In this document: positions 1-10,929 of the stretch, one piece after another
Position numbering within the stretch: position 1 is the stretch's first letter
Layout: each line of letters starts with the position of its first letter
Notes under the pieces: model-generated
Databases searched by the model: none
Told to the model about the DNA's origin: nothing
The model's input: the letters and a program-made list of their open reading frames with translations, nothing else
Position numbers and translations under genes: made by a program
Origin: Chiloscyllium plagiosum
Lineage: Eukaryota
NCBI RefSeq assembly: GCF_004010195.1
Contig: NC_057718.1
Coordinates: 75,473,295-75,526,916, forward strand
Direction: 5' to 3'
DNA length: 53,622 nt

Positions 1-325
1 TGGGTGGGAGATCTCCTGAGGTGATGAGGTTCTGTATGATCGGGGAGATGATGGTTTGGTGATGGGGGGGTGGGGGATCATGGTCGAGGAGGTGTCTTCG
101 AGTTGGTGTCTGACTTCAGTGGTGCAGAGGTCAGTGCACCAAACTACCACTGCGCCCCCTTTATCTGCTGGTTTGATGGTGAGGTTGGGATTGGAGCAGA
201 GGGAGTGGAGGGCTGAGCGTTGTGAGGGTGAGAGGTTGGATTGGGGTGGGAGGTTAGACAGTTTGAGGCAGTTAATGTCTCTGTGGCAGTTGGAAATTAA
301 GAGATCGAGGGCGGGGCCCTCTGCA
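1..325 (-). mobile_element. Penelope-like element (PLE) reverse transcriptase N-terminal fragment
   Basis: Minus strand translates SNLSPSQRSALHSLCSNPNLTIKPADKGGAVVVW; IKPADKG is the characteristic PLE pre-RT motif. Runs off the window start. Confidence 0.85.
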
Positions 326-330
326 AGCAT

Positions 331-720
331 TTAGAAAAGTAAGAGGTAACTTAAGTCAGGATCCCGAATGCTCTTGACGGGGTAGATGCAGAGCAGATAT
401 TTCCTTTTATCGGAGAATCTGGAACTAGGAGTTACTGATTAAAAATAAAGGTTCACCCATTTACAACAGAGTTGAGGACAAATTTCTTACAGTGAATTGC
501 TTGCCTTTGGAACTCTTTTTTTTTCCAAAAGGCACTAGACCACAGTCTTTTAATATTTTTAATGCAGTGGTGGATAGATTCTTGATAAGCAAGAGTGAAA
601 GGTTTTCAGGGATAGACTGGAAAGCGGACAAATGAGATCAAGGTGATCTTATTGAATGATAGAACTGGTCCATGGAGCTAAGTGGTCTATTGTTTTCCTA
701 ATTTGAATTATTCTATGCTC
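331..720 (+). mobile_element. CR1 LINE 3' end fragment (old)
   Basis: Degenerate ORF2 C-terminus (GVDAEQIFP..GESGTR..LKIK...WNS) followed by a CR1-type 3' UTR ending ttctatg. Confidence 0.75.
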
Positions 721-940
721 TCCTGTTCAGTCAAGCATTGAAGTGAAGGAACCTTGAGACCACCTAAAAGCCCAACTGGCTTATAGCAGGTTATATGGCA
801 AACAATGCCTGAGGGCATTAAAGGGCATCAAACAGTGAAAGGATTGAAAAGGGGGAAGGTTAACTGGGGCAAGGCTGGGCTGCTGTCAATCCAAGGGGAG
901 ATTGAGTTGCAGTCAGTTTAGGGGTGGTGTAGGATACTTA

Positions 941-1840
941 ACATAGAACATAGAACATTACAGCGCAGTACAGGCCCTTCGGCCCTCGATGTTGCACCGC
1001 CCTGTCATACTAATCTGAAGCCCATCCCACCTACACTATTCCATGTACGTCCATTTGCCTGTCCAATGACGACTTAAATGAACTTAAACTTGGAGAATCT
1101 ACTACCGATGCAGGCAAAGCTTTCCATATCCTTTCTACTCTCTGAGAAAAGAAACTATCTCTGACATCTGTCTTATTCCTATCTCCCCTCACTTTAAAGT
1201 TGTGTCCCCTCGTGTTTGCCGTCCCCATACTTGGAAAAAGGCTCTCTCTTCCTGATGAAGGGCTTTTGCCCGAAACGTCGATTTTGCTGCTCGTCGGATG
1301 CTGCCTGAATTGCTGTGCTCTTCCAGCACCACTGATCCAGAATCTGGTTTCCAGCATCTGCAATCATTGTTTTTACCAAAAGGCTCTCTCTGTCCACCCT
1401 ATCCAACCCTCTGATTATCTTGTATGTCTCTATTAAGTCACCTCTCAATCTTCTTCTCTCTAACAAGAACAGCCTCAAGGCCCTCAGCCTTTTCTTGTAA
1501 GACATTCATTCCATACCAGGCAACATCCTAGTAAATCTCCTCTGCACCCTCTCCACACTATCCACAATTCCACCGACCTTAGTGTCGTCTGCAAATTTAC
1601 TAACCCACCCTTCTAAGCCCTCATCCAGGTCATTTATAAAAATGACGAACAGCAGTGGACCCAACACCGACCCTTGCGGTACGCCGCTAGTAACTGGACA
1701 CCAAGATGAACATGTTCCATCAACTACAACCCTCTGTTTTCTTTCAGCAAGCCAATTACTGATCCAAACTGGTATGTCTCCCACAATCCCATTCCTCCGC
1801 ATTTTGTATAATAGCCTACTGTGGGGAACCTTATCGAATG
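941..1840 (-). mobile_element. CR1 LINE 3' portion with internal deletion
   Basis: ORF 1506-1847(-) has [17 protein letters not shown] and KFADDTK, then jumps directly to [10 protein letters not shown]. Tail acatagaacatagaac at 941. Confidence 0.92.
1250..1377 (+). mobile_element. Short PLE-derived hammerhead-bearing insert (family A) inside CR1
   Basis: Perfect 14-bp TSD aaaaggctctctct (1236-1249 / 1378-1391). Insert begins tc-CTGATGA-a-GGGC-tttt-GCCC-GAAA-cgtc-ga. Confidence 0.9.
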
Positions 1841-2864
1841 CAACCACGCAAATATAACCTGTTCTACTTACCCTTCCCAGAAGTCCGAAGTGGCAGGGAG
1901 CTTCCCTACTGCAGGCAATTCTTACCTTATTGTACAGTGAGGAAAATTGTGAATCTGATAGGGAGGGCAGTTCAAGGTGATAGGATAGGAGTTAGAAGCT
2001 GATGGTCAAGGAGCATAAAGTTCTCAAGGTGGGGTATTTCAAGGAATGTCAGGATGCTTGTGGTCTCAGTCAGACAAAGGTGGTGTCAAAAGGAACATTG
2101 CCACATGGATAGTAAAGAGCTCATAGGGCAAAATGGAGACAGCAAATGGGGAATGGGAGGGGTAGGGAAAGTATGGAAGGTCATAGGGCAACAGGGATTG
2201 TAAACGCATAAGGGAAAAAACAAAATTGGGGTGGGGGATTGGATCTGGTGAGTGGCAGGGAAATTTTGTCCTCAAATAATAGCTGACTCAGAATGAATAC
2301 CACCAATCTGTCTTCAAAATAGCTGCATTTCTCTGTCAGTTCTGAAAGGGCTATGTCTACACTGAGAATAGAATTCATGGAGGCGATGGGCAGATGGCCG
2401 CTTTTATTTTCTGGCTAACTCTAAGAGACAACCCATTAGTCAATATTCCAATAGTCAGAGAATCATAATCAACTGCTTTCAATTGCTACATAGCTAGCAG
2501 ATTAACAGTAGTTATAGTCTCATACTGCAATGAGATCACATGAAGTTATGGAGATTCAGTACAGTGTGGCCTGATTGCCTTATTGATTAGTGAACAACTG
2601 AGACAGCAAGAGAAAACAGTTAGGGACAAAAAATCTATAAGCTTCCCCATCACTGCAAGCTAACCATTATAAGGAGAGCTCTGGCATTCCAGCTATATGC
2701 TATTTCTGAATAGGGGGAAGTGCTGTAGGAGTAGGGGTTTACATAGGTCATTGGTAGCTCCATTATGTCAAAGCAAGCAAGATAGAACAGTTTTGCTGCA
2801 ACCTCCCTGAAGGAAAGCTGACTATCGTCAATTTGCTTCCTGTTGGATTCAGGAAGTCAAGCTG

Positions 2865-3620
2865 CCAGGGCAACTAGCTTTGCTGCTATTTCAGGATTTC
2901 CACCGCTGCAGGGTGTAATCAATTGCTCCAGTGTTGCTGGTTGCTGATATGAAACTCTGATGGCAATGTTGATGAATAGGAAAAGTTCCATTTCATGAGC
3001 CTGAGGGCCATCTGTGTTCACACCAATATGCAGTTGTTGTGACTCCTACATTCTGGAATATTTACAGGTGCCTCTGCTCCTAAAAGAATGGTTGGTCAGA
3101 GACTAAGGCAACCCTCTCAAAATCTGGCTGATACCTGCCAAGAATTTTCAGACTGGCACTGAGAGGAATAATGCTGCAGAGGTTGCTACAAGTGTCATTG
3201 TAGAGCAGACCATAGGCCTTGAAGAGAACATTCAGAAAACTTGACCAGTCAGGTGGTGCAATGCAATAAATGTCAGAGGGTTCAGCAACATCATAGATGC
3301 TGATGTTAGTGAGGTTCCACACATCCTGAAACATCAGCACCTCATCTTCTGCTTGGGAACACTACAGCCTACAATATTCAACATAGAGTTCAATAATTTG
3401 AGAGCCTGAACACCTATTTTCATGTCCTTTACTCATATCCGTTTTCCTCCTCCATCAGTTCTGAAGAAGGGTTACTGGATTCGCAATGTTAACTACTTTC
3501 TCTGCACAGCTGCTGTCAGACCTACTGATTTCCAGCAACTTCTGTTTCTGTTTCAGCACCATCGTTGTTTGCTGTAGCCTCCATAACCTTACACAACAAA
3601 GGAAGCTGAAAATGTGGAGA
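2865..3620 (+). pseudogene. Degenerate PIF/Harbinger DDE transposase (HARBI1-like), interrupted by a PLE fragment
   Basis: Frame-broken translation: FAAISGFPPLQGVINCSSVA / LMNRK / CCDSYIL / WLVRD*GNPLKIWLIP / VIVEQTIGL-KRTFRKLDQSGGAMQ / [insert] / TIVVCCSLHN. These blocks are collinear with the Harbinger transposase motifs. Confidence 0.8.
3330..3551 (+). mobile_element. PLE 3' end (ORF C-terminus plus pseudo-LTR with degenerate hammerhead, family A')
   Basis: QHLIFCLGTLQP...NIEFNNLRA*, then agtt-CTGAAGA-...-gcaa-tgtt-aact (3457-3494). Diverged duplication ttcagca(a/c)catc at 3281 / 3552. Confidence 0.8.
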
Positions 3621-4301
3621 TGGTCCTGGAGGGCCCTCACAGAAATCAACAGGGTTATGGTCTGACATAACAAAGTCATACATGCAACTGCCATCTATTT
3701 CCAGAACAATTAAGCTATGTGGACCCATGTTTTTAAACAGCTAGGTCACCATTGCATGCTCGATATAACAAACCTCATCGAGTGAGAAGGATTTCATTTT
3801 ACCCTATTGTTTGCAATAAAGGCTATGCTCTTATCCTTTACCTGCTTATGATGTGATTACCTTTTGAGGCTAGAAACAGAAATGGCAAACCTAAGCTTTG
3901 TGGTATTTGTGTGCAACTGTAGCTGTTACACATTAAGTACTTCTACAAACAGAAGCTCATGGATAATGGTAACAATAAGGGCTGTGCCTGCATCAAATAG
4001 GGGACTTAAAAGGATACATTCAACCCGGGGTGAGGAGGGCGGTTTGTGACGTCTTATCTGATGTTAATAGTTGCATTCTTCCTCACTATCGCTACAGTAC
4101 TTCAGAATATTAGGATTCTTCTGTGTTCTGTTGCAATAGCTGAGCAGCCCCATTACTGTCGGCTGCATCAATGCAAACACTTCCCCAGTACCATCCTAAA
4201 GAATGCAAAAAGTGATATCTAAACTGGGCAATGCCTACCTCATTGAATGCCTAACCTGGCTATAGAAAACCCAGTAAGTGGGAAAAAAGCTGCCTCTACG
4301 C

Positions 4302-4395
4302 ACTGTAGATGCGAGTCGCTGGAAAAGCACAGCAGGTCAGGCAGCATCCAAGGAGCAGGAGAATCAATGTTTCGGGCATAAACCCTTCATAGATG
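4302..4395 (-). mobile_element. Short PLE-derived hammerhead insert (family A), core damaged
   Basis: Minus strand reads ct-atga-agggtttatgccc-gaaa-cattgattctcctgctcc, the same family as the 1250 copy. Confidence 0.8.
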
Positions 4396-4779
4396 AGAGT
4401 CATGTTTCTATATCGCTTAAATTAATTGTTACCGAGGGCTATTTCAGGTTCAGTATTCTCCCTTTGAACTCAGACAAAGTAAGCAATCCTGAAAGCTACC
4501 TCAGAAGCCTTGACTGCATTCTGCAAATGCAAGGTCTACAGTTCATTGGGTTGTGAAATCAACTGCGGGCATACATGTTGCTGATTCAGTGAAGTGAGAC
4601 AATCAATGATGTCGAAGGGGATGGACAGCATCTCGTTGAACTGGGGGAAGAAAATCCACTGCTTTCACTTCAGACAACTATGTCAGCAACTAGCTGGGAA
4701 ATGGACCTAAATTAAATGTTGCACAATGGAAATAATGAAACATTTCCATTCATGAAGAGTACGTACATGAAAAACAATA

Positions 4780-6575
4780 CCGGGTAATTATATTAGGGGA
4801 TTTCAACTACTCCAATTAATTAGAATAATCATAGTATACAGGGTTTAGCAGGGGCAGATTTCTTGAAATGTACATGAGTCTGCATTTAGATCGTCCTACA
4901 AAAGAAAGTGTAGAGCTGGACTTAATTCTGGGGAATGAAGCCAATCAAGTGTTTGAGGTGACAGTGTAGAGCAATACTGGATAAAATGGAATAGACAGAC
5001 ATAGAACAGGTACTAAAGGGAGCAAAATAACAGAGAGCCTAGAGGTGTATAACAAGTACAGGGAAAAATTCAAGAATGCAGTTAGGAGACAAAAAAGGGG
5101 CATAATAAAGTCCAAGCAAGCAAGATTAGGGAGAATCTCAAGATACTTTAGAAGTATATCAAGAGGGAAGAGAAAAACCAGGAAAAGAGTAAAGCTTATT
5201 AGCAAACAAGGAGCAATCTGTGCATGAAGCCAGAGAACATTGGTAGAGTATTAAACTGAATACTTGCACATCTTAAAATGCATAAATCCCCAGGACCTGA
5301 TCAGGTATAACCCAGAACTGAGGGACAGGCTTTATATGTATTTGGAAAGGCAAGGACTGATTAGGGATGGTCAACATGTCTTTGTGCATGGGAAATAATG
5401 TCTCACTAACTTGACAGAATTTTTTGAAGAAGTAACTAAGAGAATTGATGAGGGCAGAGCTGTATGGACTTCGGTAAGGCATTCAACAAGGGTTCTTTTA
5501 GTTGGCTGGTTAGCAAGGTTAGATCACATGGAATAAAGGGAGAGCTAGCCATTCGGTTACAGAACCAACTTGATAGTGGTTATGAAGGGTTACTTTTCAG
5601 ACCAGAGGCCTATGACCAGTGCTGTGCCACAAGAATCAGTGCTGAGTCTATTGCTTTTCATCATTTTTATAAATGATTTGGATGTGAAAATAGGAGTGTG
5701 CAGATGATACCAAAATTGGAAGTGTAATGCACAGCGAAAAAGGTTACCTCAGAGTACAATGGGATCGTGATCGGGTGGACCAATGGGCCGAGGAGTGGCA
5801 GATGAAGTTTAATTTAGATAAATGTGAAGTGCTGCATTTTGGAAAGGCAATTCAGGGCAGGACTTATACACTTAATGATAAGGTCCTGGGAAATGTTGCT
5901 GAACACAAAGTAATCTTGAATGCAGATTCATATTTTCTTGAAAGTGGGGTCATAGCTAGATAGGATAGTGAAGGCGCCATTTAGTATGCTTGCCTTTATT
6001 GGTCAGTGCATCAAGTATAGGAGTTGGTAGGTCATGTTGCAGCTGTACAGGATATTGGTGAGGCAACTTTTAGAATGTAGTGTGCATTTCTGGTCTCCCT
6101 CCTATGGGAAGGATGTTGTGAAACTTGAAAGGGTTCAGAAAATATTTCTAAGGATGTTGCCAAGATTGGACGATTTGAGCAATTGGGAGAGGTTGAATAG
6201 TCTGGAGCTATTTTTGGAGGGCGAGGTTACAGATCTTATAGTGGTTTATAAAATTATGAGGGGCATGGATAGGGGAGTCCAAAACTAGAGGGCATAGGTT
6301 TAAGGTGAGAGGGAAAAGATTTAGAAGGGACCTAAAGGGCCACTTTTCATGCAGAGGGATGTGTATGTATGGAATGACCTGCCAGAGGAAGTGGTGGACA
6401 CTGGTACAATTACAATATTTAAAAGGCATCTGGATGGATACATGATTAGGATGGGTTTAGCGGGATATGGGCTAAATGCTGGCAAATGGAAGTATATTGA
6501 ATTAGGATATCTGTTCGGCATGGATGAGTTTGGCTGAAGGGTCTGTTTCGATGCTGAACACCTCCATGACTCTGT
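4780..6575 (+). mobile_element. CR1 LINE ORF2 (endonuclease remnant through 3' end), multiply deleted and frameshifted
   Basis: GDFNY, MDFGKAFNK, ADDTKIG, WQMKFNLDKCEVLHFG, LERVQKIF; 3' tail ctccatgactct. Confidence 0.92.
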
Positions 6576-7108
6576 CTATCTTTAATGGGAGAAGGAGGAT
6601 GAAAGTACAGAATTCAAAAAGTTGGAGTGTGAAGTTCTTGAGTAGATTGATATTAAGAAGTGAGGAGGTATTGGTGTTTTTGACACATTTAAAAGTGGAC
6701 AAATCTCCAGGTCTGGATTCCAGGCTCTTTTGTGGGAGAGAAGGGAGGAAATTACAGGGGCCCTGAGCTAAATTTCCAAATCATCTCTGACCATAGGGGA
6801 AGGGCCAGTGGACTGGAGGACAGTTAATGTGGTTTGATTTTACAAGAAAGGTGGTAGAGATAGACCAGGAAACAACAGACCAGTGAGTTTATCAGTGATT
6901 GGGAAATGAAGGAGAAAATAGAGAATGAAAAGTTTAATCTACATTTAGAGAGGCAAGGTTTGATCAGAGATTGTCAGTTTGGCTTTGTCAGAGGGTGGTC
7001 ATGCCTAACAAATCTGATGGCATTTCTCAAGATGGTGACCAAATGTTTGGATGAGGTAGGGCAGTTGATGTTGTTTACATGATTACAGCAAGGTCTTTGC
7101 CAAGGTCC

Positions 7109-7314
7109 AAGAAGAACGTGAGGACTGCAGATGCTGGAGAGTCAGAATTGATAAAGAGTGGTGCTGGAAAAAGCATAGCAGGTCAGGCAGCATCTGAGGA
7201 GCAAGAGAGTCAATGTTTCGGGTCCTGATGAAGGGTTATGCCTGAACCAATGACTCTCTTGCTTCTCAGATACTGCCTGACCTGCAATAATTTTTCCTGT
7301 ACCAAACTTATTTA
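7109..7314. mobile_element. Fold-back (inverted pseudo-LTR) PLE hammerhead insert (family A)
   Basis: 13/14 TSD ctttgccaa(g/a)gtcc (7095 / 7315). Arms are reverse complements and the junction lies at gtttcgggt|cctgatgaag. Confidence 0.85.
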
Positions 7315-7404
7315 CTTTGCCAAAGTCCCACATGGAAAAGAAGGCAAAAGCTCATGAGATTCAGCATAACTTGGCAAGATGGATTCAAAATTGATTATGA
7401 ATTT

Positions 7405-7762
7405 GGCCTCCAGTCCGACAAGCATCCTTCCACTATTACCCTCTGCTTCTTACCATCAAACCAATTGTGTATCCAATTTGTCAGCTCCCCCTGGATTCTA
7501 TGCGATCTAACTTCAAAGCAGCCGATCATATGGAACCTTATGAAAGGCTTTACTGAAATCCATATAGATGATGTTTACCGCCCTGCCCTTGTCAACCTTC
7601 CTGGTCACTTCATCAAAGAACTCTGACAAATTTGTGAGGCATGATCTCCCACACACAAAGCCATGCTGACTACTCCTAATCAAACAAATATTCTTGGAAT
7701 GTCTGAATTATGGCATTGTGGGATTTTCTTTATCACTTGGACTGCAGCAGTTCAGGGAAGCA
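7405..7762 (-). repeat. Inverted copy of the composite segment at ~10857-11224
   Basis: Reverse complement aligns across the old-LINE/CR1 junction (ctgctgcagtcc...attcagaca.tccaagaat..tgtttgattaggagtagtcagc). Confidence 0.75.
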
Positions 7763-7995
7763 GGAGACAGAGGCTGGTAATAGAAGGCTATTTGTGTGAT
7801 TAGATTCCAGGGTGCAGGGACGTACCACTGAGGTCAGTGCTGGGTCCCTTATAGTTTGCGATATTCATAAATGAAGTCGATAAGCAAATTTGCAGATGAC
7901 AATAAGATTGGCTGAGTGGTTGACACTGAGGAGGAAGGTGTTACATTCCAGGAAGATACAAATGGATTGATCAGATGGGCAGATCAGTGGCTGGA

Positions 7996-9037
7996 ATTTG
8001 AATTTGAATTTAATTTATTGTCACGTGTGCTAAGGCACAGTGAAAAGCTTTGTGTTGTGAGCAATACAGGCAGATCACAGAGCTAAATAGCATAGATAAG
8101 CAAATACAGTAATAGGTAAACTGCAGCAAAAACAAAACGATGGCACAGTGGTTAGCACTGCTGCCTCTCAGCGCCTGAGACCTGGGTTCAATTCCCGCCT
8201 CAGGCAACTGACTGTGTGGAGTTTGCATATTCTCCCCGTGTCTGCGTAGGTTTTCCTGGGTGCTCCGGTTTCCTCCCACAGTCCAAAGATATGCAGGTCA
8301 GGCGAATTGGTCATGTTAAATTGCCCGTAGTGTTAGGCGAAGGGGTAAATGTAGGGGAATGGGTCTGGGTGGGTTGCTCTTCGGAGGGTCGGTGTGGACT
8401 CGTTGGGCCAAAAGGTCTGTTTTCACACTATAAGTAATCTAAAAAAAACATGGGAACAGGCAAATGCTAAGAGTTTGTGAGTCCATTCAGTATTCTAAGA
8501 ACAGTAGGTAGAAACTGTTTTGAACCTGGCTGGTGCGTGTGTTCAGACTTCTGCACCTTCTCCCCAGTGGTAGAGGTTGTAGATAAACATTGCCAGAATG
8601 AGGTGGATCTTTGAGAATGCTGGCAGCCTTTCCTTGGCAGCGGGCCTGGTAGATAGATTCTATAGATGGGAGTTTGACCTTTGTGATTGTCCGGGCCGAG
8701 TTCACCACTCTCTGTAACCATCTCCACTCTTGAATGGTACAGTTACCATACCAGATAGTAATACACCTAGACAGAATGCTCTCGAGGGCGTACCTATAAA
8801 AGTTGGCAAGCGTATTCGCCATCATGCCAAATTTTCTTAGCTGCCTGAGGAAGAAGAGACGTTGTTGGGCCTTTGTAACCAGTGCGTCCATATGAAGAAT
8901 CCAAGAAAGCTTGTTGTGGATGACCACTCCCAGGAGCTTGACATTCTCCACTCATTCCACCACTGTGCTTTAATGTGTAGGGGGGGCATGAGTAACATCC
9001 TGCCAAAAGTCAATAATGCGTTCCTTGGTTTTTCCAA
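7996..9037 (-). mobile_element. Rex1/Babar LINE 3' portion
   Basis: ORF 8487-8951(-) reads KLLGV..LSW..KAQQRLFFLRQLRKFG..FYR..ESIL..CITIWYG. AATAAA plus (attcaa)n tail at 7996-8020. Confidence 0.88.
8138..8445 (+). mobile_element. HE1-type V-SINE, full length, inserted in Rex1
   Basis: tRNA-derived A box tggcacagtgg and B box ggttcaattcc, V-domain tgtgtggagtttgca..ttctccccgtgtctgcg, CR1-like tail. Confidence 0.92.
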
Positions 9038-9039
9038 CA

Positions 9040-9467
9040 GGAGAGTGGAGCGGATAGGTGGAAACGAAGATGGAGAGGTAGGACAACACAGGAGGGCGGT
9101 GCCGATTTGGAAGTTTGGAACTGGGATAAGGTGCGGGGAAGGGAAATGAGGAAACTAGTGAAGTCCACATTGATGCTGTGTGGTTGGAGGGTCCCAAGGC
9201 GGAAGGTAAGATGTTCTTCCTCCAGGCGTTTGGTGGTTAGGGTGTGGCTCCACCCTCCTCTCTGACCTATCACCTTTACCCCCACCTCCATCCACGTATT
9301 GCACTCTCAGCTACCTTCACCCCAGCCCCACCCTCCTGCCATTTATATCTCTACCCCCTCGGCTCCCAACTTCATTCCTGATGAAGGGATCTTGCCCAAA
9401 ACGCCAATTCTCCTGCTCCTTGGATGCTGTCTGACCTACTGTGCTTTTCCAGCACCACACTCTCGAC
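9040..9467. mobile_element. PLE 3' end (minus strand) with inverted pseudo-LTR (plus strand) carrying a degenerate hammerhead
   Basis: Minus strand RLEEEHLTFRLGTLQPHSINVDFTSFLIS. Plus strand attc-CTGATGA-agggatcttgccc-aaaa-cgcc at ~9374-9410. Confidence 0.85.
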
Positions 9468-10770
9468 ACCATCTTCCATTGTGCCAGGTGTGACTCCACA
9501 CAACAGAGAGGTTTCCCCCGATTCCCATTAACTCCAGTTTTGTCAGGGTTCTTTGGTGCTATACTGGGTCAAATGTGGCCTTGATGATAAGGGCAGTCAT
9601 TTTCACCTCAGCTCTAGAATCCAGTTTTTTTGTCCAGGTTTTAGCCACAGTTGTAATAAGCTCAGGAGCTAGATGGCCCTAGCAGAATCCAAACTGGGCA
9701 GTGAGTAGGCTATTGCTGAACAGATATTGCTTGATAATTTTGTTGATGACATATTCCATCACTTTACTGATGATCGAGAGAAAGGTGATAGGATGGTAAC
9801 TGCCCAGGTTGGATTTCTCCTGCTTTTTGTGTACAGAACACACATGGGTAAAATTCCACACTGTCAGATAGATGACAAATTTTGTAACTATACTGGAATA
9901 TTATCAGGCCCACACTCATTGCAGTCTCTACTGCCTCTAGCCATTTCTTGCTATTTAGTGGAGTGAAATTAATTTGCTTAAGTATCTGTGACGGTGGGAA
10001 CAACTGGAGGAGGCCAAAGTTGATTGTCCACTTGGAACTTCTGACTGAAAATTGTTGCAAATGTTTCAACCTTACCTTTTGCATTGATGTGTTGAGCTCT
10101 CCCATCATGATGATGAAAATATTCATGATGCCTCCTCCTCCTCCAGTGAATTGTCCAGTACCATTCATGAGTACATATGAGAAGACTGCAGAGCTTAGAT
10201 CTAATCCATTGATTAAAGAATCATTGAGCTCTGTCTATCACTTGTTGCTTATGCTGTTCTGCACTCAAAGCATACTGTTTGGTAACTTAATCAGGTTAAC
10301 ACCTCAATTTTCTTTTAAATATGCCTGGTGCTGCCCCTGCCATGCCGTGTTAAACATCACTGAACCAGTGTTGATCCCCTGGATTGATGCTAATGGAAGA
10401 GTTGGGGATTTGGAACCTTAAGGTTGTAGACTGTGATGGAAGTGTGATTCTGCTGCTGCTGATGACCCACAAAGCCTAATGGATGCCCAGAATTGATCGC
10501 TCTCTTTTAAGTTTATCCCATTTAGCACAGTGGTAGTGCCATGATACAAAGTATTCTCAATTTAAAGACTATCCAGTAGTCATTCTTATTGATACTGTTG
10601 TGAACAGATGGATCCATGACAGACAGGTTTGCAAGGATTATGCCAAGTACCTGTTTGATTTGCTATCATCACTCTTGCAGAACAAGTCTAGCATCAATGT
10701 CCCTCAGGACTCTACCAAATCAGTCAGTAGTGCTGCTGCCCAGCCACTCATAGATGGTGAAGGGTTGGAT
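9468..10770 (-). mobile_element. Old CR1/L2-group LINE, EN-RT fragment
   Basis: WNFTHVCSVHKKQEKSNLGSYHPITFLSIISKVME...TAQFGF and AL.IKATFDPV motifs. Confidence 0.8.
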
Positions 10771-10835
10771 TGGATCCATCATTCACAGGATATAGATGTT
10801 AATGGTAAAGATAAATTAATTCCCAACTTAATGTT

Positions 10836-10925
10836 TCCTTTGGAGGGTAGTGGTAAACTCCTTCTCTAAACTGCTGCAGTCCATCTGATAGAGAACATCC
10901 CAAAGTGCCATTATTCAGACACTCC
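10836..10925 (-). mobile_element. 3' end fragment of the old CR1/L2-group LINE
   Basis: ccttctctaaactgctgcagtcc segment resembles the terminal region also seen near 34780. Confidence 0.5.
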
Positions 10926-10929
10926 AAGA

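Larger units (their letters stand above)
6600..7995 (+). mobile_element. CR1 LINE RT fragment, interrupted by a PLE insert and an inverted segment
   Basis: LKVDKSPG, WRTVNVV, AKVP, WIQN*L / RRQRLVIEG, SVLGP, KFADDNKIG. Confidence 0.85.

Noticed and set aside
1250..1290. C/D-box snoRNA suggested by TGATGA/CTGA
   Set aside because: The motif is followed by a hairpin, GAAA and UH in hammerhead geometry within PLE pseudo-LTRs, not by C/D terminal stems
4110..4193. WYWGSV on the minus strand resembling a SOCS SH2 start
   Set aside because: No downstream FLxRDS motif, and the frame stops after about 27 codons
8138..8205. tRNA genes (also at 20412, 25040, 28950, 33990)
   Set aside because: A/B boxes run into SINE bodies and no complete cloverleaf or terminator is present
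9948..10421. 157-aa plus-strand ORF
   Set aside because: Antisense to a decayed LINE
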